Shown: positions 7,441 through 14,440 of the stretch, one piece after another | Position numbering within the stretch: position 1 is the stretch's first letter | How the letters are laid out: each line of letters opens with the position of its first letter | DNA from: a virus | Taxonomy: Duplodnaviria > Heunggongvirae > Uroviricota > Caudoviricetes | Length of the DNA: 17,382 nt | Direction: 5' to 3' (one strand) | Virus record (IMG/VR): IMGVR_UViG_3300029473_000215 | Notes under the pieces: generated by a model | Database searches by the model: none | Seen by the model: only the letters and a program-made list of their open reading frames with translations | What the model was told of the DNA's origin: nothing | Made by a program: the position numbers and the translations under genes

Positions 7441-7539
7441 AACTCACTCCCTGTTCTTTATCGTTATATAAATGTTTATATATTGAATATTTAGCGCGCT
7501 AACAATAGAGGGAGTCTACCCATTTTGGGTTAAGAATTA

Positions 7540-7553
7540 TTAATCCACATCAA
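7540..7553. promoter_or_regulatory. Putative FNR-box (TTAAT-N4-ATCAA) upstream of ynfE
   Basis: ttaatccacatcaa matches 9 of 10 positions of the FNR consensus TTGAT-N4-ATCAA, about 100 bp upstream of the ynfE start; ynfEFGH is known to be anaerobically induced. Confidence 0.35.
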
Positions 7554-7600
7554 TAGAAGGGTATGAGTAATATGGTGGGATTATGTTGTATGTTCAAATC

Positions 7601-7621
7601 GCCGGATGTGTCATATCCGGC
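7601..7621 (-). terminator. Perfect 7-bp stem hairpin between ynfD and ynfE (possible weak terminator or attenuator for ynfD)
   Basis: gccggat-gtgtcat-atccggc; on the minus strand it is followed by only GATTTG, so the U-tract is weak. Confidence 0.3.
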
Positions 7622-7638
7622 GTTCAGTCGATAATGTG

Positions 7639-7947
7639 TTACTGCGGTTCGGCAGGCGCGCCATCCTGGCTAGACTGCGCGGGAGCAGAGACGTTACCGC
7701 TGGTGGTGCGGGTATAGAGAATTTTATGCGTATCATTAGCGCAATGGCCGACGACCTGGGAATCAGGCTGATCAACCTGGTCATTGGGTACAATACTTAA
7801 CGTGAAGCTGCTTTCGGGTACGCCATTATTGATAATGCGCTGTGATATATCGCTCTGTATGCGCTCACAGGATCCCGGCGCGGCGAGTACCGCGGGTGAG
7901 GCGAGGGCGAGCAGAAGCGCGGCACAGCAGGTTGAGAGTTTCATCAT
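7639..7947 (-). CDS. ynfD: YnfD, DUF1161-family secreted protein
   Basis: Translation MMKLSTCCAALLLALASPAVLA... (signal peptide) matches E. coli YnfD from memory; GGAG SD upstream of ATG 7947/7944; the ORF-track start at 7986 is an upstream extension. Confidence 0.85.
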   Translation of the reverse strand: MMKLSTCCAALLLALASPAVLAAPGSCERIQSDISQRIINNGVPESSFTLSIVPNDQVDQPDSQVVGHCANDTHKILYTRTTSGNVSAPAQSSQDGAPAEPQ

Positions 7948-8051
7948 AAGCTCCTTACGCGAAGATAACTTCTTTAAGCATAGCATTTAACGTGTAAAGT
8001 ACTGTATTTGCTACTATGATTGAGAATCATCTCTACTCTCTGGTGACTGTT

Positions 8052-8762
8052 GTGAAATACAAATTACTACCATGCTTACTCGCGATATTCCTCACAGGAT
8101 GTGACCGCACAGAGGTAACACTTTCATTTACCCCTGAGATGGCCAGTTTCTCTAATGAATTCGATTTTGATCCGCTGCGTGGTCCGGTAAAAGATTTCAC
8201 TCAGACATTAATGGATGAGCAAGGTGAAGTGACGAAACGTGTTTCTGGGACTTTGTCGGAAGAAGGCTGTTTTGATTCACTCGAATTACTGGATCTGGAA
8301 AATAATACCGTGGTCGCTCTGGTACTGGACGCCAATTATTACCGTGATGCCGAGACGCTGGAGAAGAGAGTACGTTTACAGGGAAAATGCCAGCTAGCAG
8401 AATTACCTTCTGCCGGGGTGAGTTGGGAAACCGATGATAATGGCTTCGTGATTAAAGCCAGCAGCAAACAAATGCAGATGGAATATCGCTATGATGATCA
8501 GGGTTATCCGCTGGGTAAAACCACGAAAAGTAACGACAAAACATTATCTGTCAGCGCCACGCCATCAACGGATCCGATCAAAAAATTAGATTACACAGCG
8601 GTTACTTTACTGAATAATCAACGGGTTGGTAATGTAAAACAGAGCTGTGAATATGACAGTCACGCTAATCCGGTGGACTGTCAGCTAATCATTGTTGATG
8701 AAGGAGTAAAACCCGCCGTCGAACGGGTTTACACCATCAAAAATACGATCGATTATTATTAA
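8052..8762 (+). CDS. ynfC: YnfC, UPF0257 lipoprotein
   Basis: GTG start giving MKYKLLPCLLAIFLTGC (lipobox LTGC); matches E. coli YnfC from memory; the ORF-track start at 8016 is an upstream extension. Confidence 0.85.
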   Translation: MKYKLLPCLLAIFLTGCDRTEVTLSFTPEMASFSNEFDFDPLRGPVKDFTQTLMDEQGEVTKRVSGTLSEEGCFDSLELLDLENNTVVALVLDANYYRDAETLEKRVRLQGKCQLAELPSAGVSWETDDNGFVIKASSKQMQMEYRYDDQGYPLGKTTKSNDKTLSVSATPSTDPIKKLDYTAVTLLNNQRVGNVKQSCEYDSHANPVDCQLIIVDEGVKPAVERVYTIKNTIDYY

Positions 8763-8764
8763 TG

Positions 8765-9325
8765 CTATTGTGCGGTCGGCTTCAGGAGAGTCTGACCCGG
8801 TGTTTTGTGCTCTGCCAGATACTGATGCTGGAATATACACATGCGAATGGCATTACGATATTGACCATTAATAAAGAACTCGTGCATCAATTCACCTTCA
8901 ACCGAAAAGCCAAGCTTGCGGTAAATGTGAATCGCTTTTTCATTCTCTTTATCAACGATCAGATACAGCTTATAGAGATTGAGAACGGTAAAGCCATAGT
9001 CCATTGCTAATTTGGCGGCACGGGTTGCCAGACCTTTCCCCTGATACTCCGGGGAGATAATTATCTGAAATTCTGCGCGGCGATGAACATGGTTAATTTC
9101 CACCAGCTCCACCAGACCGGCTTTTTCGCCGTCACATTCCACCACAAAGCGCCGTTCGCTCTGATCGTGAATATGCTTATCATACAGATCAGAGAGTTCA
9201 ACAAAGGCTTCGTAGGGTTCCTCAAACCAGTAACGCATCACACTGGCGTTATTGTCGAGTTGATGTACATAGCGTAAATCTTCACGCTCCAGCGGGCGTA
9301 GCTTAACACTGTGGGCGCTTGGCAT
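8765..9325 (-). CDS. speG: Spermidine N1-acetyltransferase SpeG (GNAT family), 186 aa
   Basis: Translation [26 protein letters not shown]... matches E. coli SpeG from memory. Confidence 0.95.
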   Translation of the reverse strand: MPSAHSVKLRPLEREDLRYVHQLDNNASVMRYWFEEPYEAFVELSDLYDKHIHDQSERRFVVECDGEKAGLVELVEINHVHRRAEFQIIISPEYQGKGLATRAAKLAMDYGFTVLNLYKLYLIVDKENEKAIHIYRKLGFSVEGELMHEFFINGQYRNAIRMCIFQHQYLAEHKTPGQTLLKPTAQ

Positions 9326-9359
9326 AACGTGTCCTTACATTCCTTAAATCAATAACAGG

Positions 9360-9701
9360 TTAGGGGGTAATAACGCGGCCAGTTCGACGGTCCAGGCAGC
9401 GCAAAGTATTGGGCTCCCAGTAGGCATTGATGTTGGCGCTTTGCTCACATTTATCGCGGTTATCAAAAGCGGCGTCGGCTTTATCCCACTCTTTTTCAGT
9501 GCGTTTATTCACTTTCTGGCGCAGATTGCGCGTGTCATTCCATTGCTCTTTTTCCATAGCGGCGTGCTGGCGGCTTTGTGCACTGTCGCCAGACTCAATC
9601 ACCAGTTTGTTAGTTTCGGCATGAACAGTTGTGCTCAATGCCAGTGCGCAAGGCAGCAGAATAGCGAGCAGGCCGATTCGTTTGCTGAGAGTGATTTTCA
9701 T
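9360..9701 (-). CDS. ynfB: YnfB, UPF0482 secreted protein, 113 aa
   Basis: N-terminal signal peptide [28 protein letters not shown]; position between speG and ynfA as in K-12. Confidence 0.85.
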
Positions 9702-9835
9702 AATTCATTCCCTGTATGAATGATTAAAGGTGATTCTACACCATCCACTGCGGACGCAAAACGTACCAGGAGGGTGTTTATATTGATGATATTATGTCGC
9801 CCTATAACTATACATGATGTCAATAAGAGACAAAG

Positions 9836-10162
9836 ATGATTAAAACAACGTTACTATTTTTTGCTACTGCGCTGTGTGAAATTATTGGATGCTTTCTGCC
9901 CTGGTTGTGGTTAAAACGAAACGCCAGTATCTGGCTGTTGCTTCCGGCGGGGATTTCACTGGCGCTGTTTGTCTGGTTGTTAACGTTGCCTCCAGCGGCG
10001 AGTGGGCGTGTTTACGCGGCTTATGGTGGCGTTTATGTCTGCACGGCGTTGATGTGGCTGCGCGTTGTGGATGGCGTGAAACTGACTCTTTATGACTGGA
10101 CGGGTGCGTTGATTGCGCTTTGCGGCATGTTGATCATTGTTGCGGGCTGGGGGCGCACGTAG
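9836..10162 (+). CDS. ynfA: YnfA, UPF0060 inner-membrane protein, 108 aa
   Basis: Hydrophobic four-helix profile; sequence [27 protein letters not shown]... matches E. coli YnfA from memory. Confidence 0.85.
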   Translation: MIKTTLLFFATALCEIIGCFLPWLWLKRNASIWLLLPAGISLALFVWLLTLPPAASGRVYAAYGGVYVCTALMWLRVVDGVKLTLYDWTGALIALCGMLIIVAGWGRT

Positions 10163-10199
10163 GAACATAAATCCATTTTATCAATAAGATAAGAGGAAG

Positions 10200-10211
10200 T
10201 GTCAGCTGACA
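10200..10211. promoter_or_regulatory. Perfect 12-bp palindrome TGTCAGCTGACA in the rspA upstream region (candidate operator)
   Basis: Read directly; lies about 160 bp upstream of the rspA ATG. Confidence 0.25.
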
Positions 10212-10367
10212 AAAGGTATTCTATTTCATCTTTTGTCAACCATTCACAGCGCAAATATACGCCTTTTTTTGTGATCACTCCGGCTTTTTTCAATCTTCAT
10301 ACTTGTATGGTAGTAGCTCAGATGCGTAGATTTCATGCATCACGACAAGCGATGCAAGGAATCGAAC

Positions 10368-11582
10368 ATGAAGATCGTAAAGGCTGAAGTTTTTGTTACC
10401 TGTCCGGGGCGTAATTTCGTCACATTAAAAATCACCACTGAGGACGGTATTACGGGCCTTGGGGATGCCACCCTCAATGGACGTGAGCTTTCCGTGGCCT
10501 CTTATTTGCAGGATCACCTTTGTCCGCAGCTTATTGGTCGCGATGCGCACCGTATCGAAGATATCTGGCAGTTTTTCTATAAAGGTGCTTACTGGCGTCG
10601 CGGTCCGGTTACGATGTCGGCCATTTCAGCGGTTGATATGGCGCTGTGGGATATTAAAGCCAAAGCTGCCAACATGCCGCTTTACCAGTTACTCGGCGGC
10701 GCGTCTCGTGAAGGGGTGATGGTTTATTGCCATACCACCGGTCACAGTATTGTTGAAGCTCTGGATGATTATGCCCGTCATCAGGAGCTGGGATTCAAAG
10801 CCATCCGCGTGCAGTGCGGAATCCCTGGTATGAAAACCACCTACGGCATGTCGAAAGGTAAAGGTCTGGCTTATGAACCCGCAACCAAAGGACAGTGGCC
10901 GGAAGAGCAGCTGTGGTCGACGGAGAAATACCTCGATTTCATGCCGAAATTGTTTGACGCGGTACGTAACAAGTTTGGTTTTAATGAACATTTGCTGCAT
11001 GACATGCACCATCGCTTAACGCCTATTGAAGCGGCGCGCTTTGGTAAAAGCATTGAAGATTATCGCATGTTCTGGATGGAAGACCCGACGCCTGCGGAAA
11101 ACCAGGAATGCTTCCGTCTCATTCGCCAACATACCGTCATACCCATCGCAGTGGGTGAAGTCTTCAACAGCATCTGGGACTGCAAACAACTGATTGAAGA
11201 GCAACTCATCGATTATATCCGCACCACGCTGACCCATGCAGGCGGAATTACCGGTATGCGCCGGATTGCCGATTTTGCTTCGCTGTATCAGGTACGTACT
11301 GGCTCACACGGTCCTTCCGATTTGTCACCAGTCTGCATGGCTGCGGCGCTGCACTTTGATCTGTGGGTCCCCAATTTCGGTGTCCAGGAATACATGGGTT
11401 ATTCCGAACAAATGCTCGAAGTCTTCCCGCACAACTGGACTTTCGATAACGGCTATATGCATCCGGGAGACAAACCGGGTCTTGGTATCGAATTCGATGA
11501 AAAGCTGGCGGCGAAATATCCCTATGAACCTGCTTATCTACCAGTCGCACGTCTGGAAGATGGCACGCTGTGGAACTGGTAA
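10368..11582 (+). CDS. rspA: Starvation-sensing protein RspA (enolase superfamily, mannonate dehydratase-like), 404 aa
   Basis: Translation [40 protein letters not shown]... matches E. coli RspA from memory; AAGGA SD 7 nt before ATG 10368; the ORF-track start at 10335 is an upstream extension. Confidence 0.93.
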   Translation: MKIVKAEVFVTCPGRNFVTLKITTEDGITGLGDATLNGRELSVASYLQDHLCPQLIGRDAHRIEDIWQFFYKGAYWRRGPVTMSAISAVDMALWDIKAKAANMPLYQLLGGASREGVMVYCHTTGHSIVEALDDYARHQELGFKAIRVQCGIPGMKTTYGMSKGKGLAYEPATKGQWPEEQLWSTEKYLDFMPKLFDAVRNKFGFNEHLLHDMHHRLTPIEAARFGKSIEDYRMFWMEDPTPAENQECFRLIRQHTVIPIAVGEVFNSIWDCKQLIEEQLIDYIRTTLTHAGGITGMRRIADFASLYQVRTGSHGPSDLSPVCMAAALHFDLWVPNFGVQEYMGYSEQMLEVFPHNWTFDNGYMHPGDKPGLGIEFDEKLAAKYPYEPAYLPVARLEDGTLWNW

Positions 11583-11593
11583 GGAGTAAGATA

Positions 11594-12613
11594 ATGAAAA
11601 GCATATTAATTGAAAAACCGAATCAACTGGCGATTGTCGAACGTGAAATACCCACCCCGTCAGCGGGTGAAGTACGAGTAAAAGTGAAACTTGCCGGAAT
11701 TTGTGGTTCAGATAGCCATATTTATCGTGGGCATAATCCTTTTGCGAAATATCCGCGCGTCATTGGTCATGAATTCTTTGGCGTCATTGATGCAGTGGGT
11801 GAAGGCGTGGAAAGCGCCAGAGTCGGTGAACGTGTTGCTGTCGATCCGGTGGTCAGCTGTGGGCATTGCTATCCGTGCTCTATAGGTAAACCGAACGTTT
11901 GTACGACACTGGCTGTATTAGGTGTGCACGCTGACGGTGGTTTCAGTGAATATGCCGTGGTTCCGGCAAAAAATGCGTGGAAAATTCCTGAAGCAGTGGC
12001 CGATCAATATGCGGTAATGATCGAACCTTTTACCATTGCGGCTAACGTAACCGGACATGGTCAACCGACTGAAAATGATACCGTTCTGGTTTATGGTGCC
12101 GGTCCAATCGGCCTGACGATCGTTCAGGTATTAAAAGGCGTCTATAACGTTAAAAATGTGATTGTTGCCGATCGCATTGATGAACGACTGGAAAAAGCGA
12201 AAGAGAGCGGGGCTGACTGGGCGATTAATAACAGCCAGACACCGCTTGGCGAGATTTTCACTGAAAAAGGCATCAAGCCGACATTAATTATCGATGCGGC
12301 TTGTCATCCTTCTATCCTGAAAGAGGCCGTAACGCTGGCTTCTCCAGCGGCACGTATTGTATTGATGGGGTTCTCCAGTGAACCGTCTGAAGTGATTCAG
12401 CAAGGAATTACCGGAAAAGAACTCTCTATTTTCTCTTCACGCTTAAATGCAAATAAATTCCCGATCGTTATCGACTGGTTAAGTAAAGGGTTAATTAAAC
12501 CAGAAAAATTAATTACCCATACGTTTGATTTCCAGCATGTTGCTGATGCCATTAGTTTATTTGAACAGGATCAAAAACATTGCTGCAAAGTCTTACTCAC
12601 TTTTTCTGAATAA
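11594..12613 (+). CDS. rspB: Starvation-sensing protein RspB (Zn-dependent alcohol dehydrogenase family), 339 aa
   Basis: Translation MKSILIEKPNQLAIVEREIPTPSAGEVRVKVKLAGICGSDSHIY... with Zn-ligand motifs GHEFFG and CGHCYPC; AAGGAG SD; 11-nt gap after rspA (operon). Confidence 0.93.
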   Translation: MKSILIEKPNQLAIVEREIPTPSAGEVRVKVKLAGICGSDSHIYRGHNPFAKYPRVIGHEFFGVIDAVGEGVESARVGERVAVDPVVSCGHCYPCSIGKPNVCTTLAVLGVHADGGFSEYAVVPAKNAWKIPEAVADQYAVMIEPFTIAANVTGHGQPTENDTVLVYGAGPIGLTIVQVLKGVYNVKNVIVADRIDERLEKAKESGADWAINNSQTPLGEIFTEKGIKPTLIIDAACHPSILKEAVTLASPAARIVLMGFSSEPSEVIQQGITGKELSIFSSRLNANKFPIVIDWLSKGLIKPEKLITHTFDFQHVADAISLFEQDQKHCCKVLLTFSE

Positions 12614-12626
12614 TACCAATAACGGC

Positions 12627-12657
12627 GAGTAAGTAGTACGCATCTTACCTCTTTTTT
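12627..12657 (+). terminator. Candidate rho-independent terminator of rspAB
   Basis: Imperfect stem gagtaag...cttacctc followed by a TTTTTT run at 12652-12657, 14 nt after the rspB stop. Confidence 0.4.
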
Positions 12658-12670
12658 AGAGATAACCATT

Positions 12671-12790
12671 ATGACAATAGAAAAACACGAAAGAAGCACT
12701 AAGGATTTGGTGAAAGCAGCAGTATCGGGATGGCTGGGCACTGCGCTTGAATTTATGGATTTCAAGAGTCATACGTGTCAACTATATTGA
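12671..12790 (+). pseudogene. ydfJ: 5' fragment (39 codons) of an MFS transporter gene (ydfJ-like), truncated by prophage insertion
   Basis: Translation MTIEKHERSTKDLVKAAVSGWLGTALEFMDF resembles the start of ProP/KgtP-type MFS transporters, then ends after 8 unrelated codons. In K-12, ydfJ is, to my recollection, split by the Qin prophage next to rspB. Confidence 0.5.
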
Positions 12791-12801
12791 TAAATATTAA
12801 A

Positions 12802-14082
12802 TTAATTTTTCATTGCTTCGTTATGGGGCATGGTTGGGGCAAACTCGCTTAACTGTGTATTTAACAAAGCTACCTGTGCATTATTGTTTTCAGACATCCA
12901 TTTTCCGTATACCTGAAATACCATTTGCGCATCTGCATGGCCCATCTGGTTTGCTATAAATGCCGGGTTAGCACCAGCTGTCAGCGACCAGCAGGCATAA
13001 GTATGTCTCGACTGATATGATTTTCGATGGCGGAGTCCGGCACGTTTTATCGCTGCGTCCCACATCTGCCTTATTGAGTCAACGGTAAAATGGTCACCAT
13101 AATTTTTTACTCCCGCTGACACTTCAGGTTGAAAAACAAAGGTGCATTTTTGTTTTTCTGTTCTGCCATACTCTCTGAGGTGAACATCAATGATATGCTC
13201 TTTGCTCAGTCTCGTTAATGTCATCTGACTCCGGAGAGCGTCGATTGCTGGCTTAATAAGATGAATGACCCGATTGGTTCCCGCCTGTGTTTTTGGTACC
13301 GTGAAACGGTCTTTTGCTAAATTTCTCCTGATCATCATTGTTCCATTTTTCAGATCTATGTCCTCCCATCCAAGTGCACACAGCTCACCAGGGCGAACGC
13401 CAGTATAAACAGAAACACACCATAAATTTTTTGCTTGCTGATTTCTGCACGCATCGATAAGACGGATAAATTCCTCCCGCGAAAGAGGATCCGGAATGGT
13501 TCTTGATTCCTTTAATGGCGAGATCCCCTTAAACGGATTATCTGGCAGGTAACCGTTATCAACACCAAACTGGAACACGGCGTTAAGATTTGTCATGTAA
13601 TTATTTACAGTTACAGCCGATCTTCCTGGTTGTGTAACAATATAGTTACTTTTGGGGATCTGGTATCCAGTCAGTAGCTCTTTACGAACCTCCAGTAATT
13701 TTTCTTTATTAATCGATGAGGCAAGATTTTTTTCACCGATTATGCTCAGGATATTTTTGATGACGGCACGGTATGTGTTGAGTGATGTTTTGGCGACTTC
13801 AGTTTCTTTCAGTGCCAGAAATTTTTCAGCCAGTTCTTTTATGGTTAAATCTTGTCGGGCCTCACCAAATTTTTCCAGATTGCGTGAGGAGGGAAACTGT
13901 TTTGCATAGTCGAAAACACCAGTTTTTATTGCGTAACAAACAGAGGAGCGTAGTTCACCTGCAACGCGCCTGTTTTTTGCTGTGTCAGGAACCCCCAGAT
14001 TTTCCCTGACTCTTACGCCTTTATAGACAAACCAGATACGTAATTTCCCTCCATGGTTTTCCACGCCTGTCGGATATTTCAT
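12802..14082 (-). CDS. Lambdoid phage integrase (tyrosine recombinase with N-terminal arm-binding domain), about 426 aa
   Basis: N-terminus MKYPTGVENHGGKLRIWFVYKGVRVRE resembles Rac IntR-type arm-binding domains; C-terminus carries RHRKSYQSRHTYAC...GHADAQMVFQVYGKW. Start chosen at 14082; an alternative ATG is at 14097. Confidence 0.9.
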   Translation of the reverse strand: MKYPTGVENHGGKLRIWFVYKGVRVRENLGVPDTAKNRRVAGELRSSVCYAIKTGVFDYAKQFPSSRNLEKFGEARQDLTIKELAEKFLALKETEVAKTSLNTYRAVIKNILSIIGEKNLASSINKEKLLEVRKELLTGYQIPKSNYIVTQPGRSAVTVNNYMTNLNAVFQFGVDNGYLPDNPFKGISPLKESRTIPDPLSREEFIRLIDACRNQQAKNLWCVSVYTGVRPGELCALGWEDIDLKNGTMMIRRNLAKDRFTVPKTQAGTNRVIHLIKPAIDALRSQMTLTRLSKEHIIDVHLREYGRTEKQKCTFVFQPEVSAGVKNYGDHFTVDSIRQMWDAAIKRAGLRHRKSYQSRHTYACWSLTAGANPAFIANQMGHADAQMVFQVYGKWMSENNNAQVALLNTQLSEFAPTMPHNEAMKN

Positions 14083-14116
14083 TTCAACTTCTCTCATTAG
14101 TTAGTGTGGCTTTTAG

Positions 14117-14368
14117 TCAAGTAAGATGACGTCTTGGTCTCGCTGATGCCTGGCGCTCAATCCAGCGATCAATTTCTTCCAGGTTGTAAAAGCATGGACT
14201 GTTATCCCATGGCATACCGTCATGAGCGACATGCTTATATTCCCTTCCTTCCATAAACGATTTTTCCCGGGCCTTTTTTAGCGTACCTTTTTTTATTCCT
14301 TTCAGCGCAATTAACTGCTCTTCGGATACCCATTTGCCGGGAGAGACAATCATGATTACTTCGCTCAT
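14117..14368 (-). CDS. Excisionase-like protein, 83 aa
   Basis: Small basic protein immediately upstream of int on the same strand; sequence ...GKWVSEEQLIALKGIKKGTLKKAREKSFMEGREYKHV... resembles the lambdoid prophage excisionase-like family from memory. Confidence 0.65.
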   Translation of the reverse strand: MSEVIMIVSPGKWVSEEQLIALKGIKKGTLKKAREKSFMEGREYKHVAHDGMPWDNSPCFYNLEEIDRWIERQASARPRRHLT

Positions 14369-14397
14369 CGATTTCTTTATCTCTTACATCAGACGAG

Positions 14398-14429
14398 CGC
14401 CGGTTGCAGAATACCAGTCACAACCGGCG
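14398..14429. other. 9-bp perfect inverted repeat with 14-nt spacer between the exo and xis genes
   Basis: cgccggttg (14398-14406) and caaccggcg (14421-14429); no adjacent U-tract on either strand. Confidence 0.3.
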
Positions 14430-14440
14430 ACAGTTGAACA

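Noticed and set aside
6282-7471. ORFs 6282-6542 (-), 6304-6492 (+), 6535-6879 (+), 6994-7239 (+) and 7172-7471 (+)
   Set aside because: All lie within or antisense to the conserved ynfE coding sequence.
7606-7990. ORFs 7606-7800 (+), 7611-7793 (-) and 7784-7990 (+)
   Set aside because: Overlap ynfD in other frames or antisense.
8762-9277. Plus-strand ORFs 8762-9010 and 9083-9277
   Set aside because: Antisense to speG, which is unambiguous.
9427-9719. Plus-strand ORFs 9427-9624 and 9441-9719
   Set aside because: Antisense to ynfB.
9889-10387. ORFs 9889-10095 (+), 9980-10168 (-), 10090-10293 (-) and 10199-10387 (+)
   Set aside because: Nested in ynfA or in the rspA upstream region; no SD or conserved features. 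The 10335 upstream start for rspA was rejected in favour of ATG 10368, which has an SD.
11570-11593. Upstream start for rspB (MELVRSKI...)
   Set aside because: Would overlap the rspA stop and lacks an SD; ATG 11594 has an AAGGAG SD and matches the known RspB N-terminus.
10459-11604. Alternative-frame and antisense ORFs within rspA
   Set aside because: Nested inside the well-conserved rspA gene.
12571-12765. 64-aa minus-strand ORF across the rspB 3' end and ydfJ-like fragment
   Set aside because: Antisense to the rspB terminator region and the ydfJ-like fragment; no SD.
13652-14009. Plus-strand ORFs inside the prophage integrase
   Set aside because: Antisense to the integrase gene.
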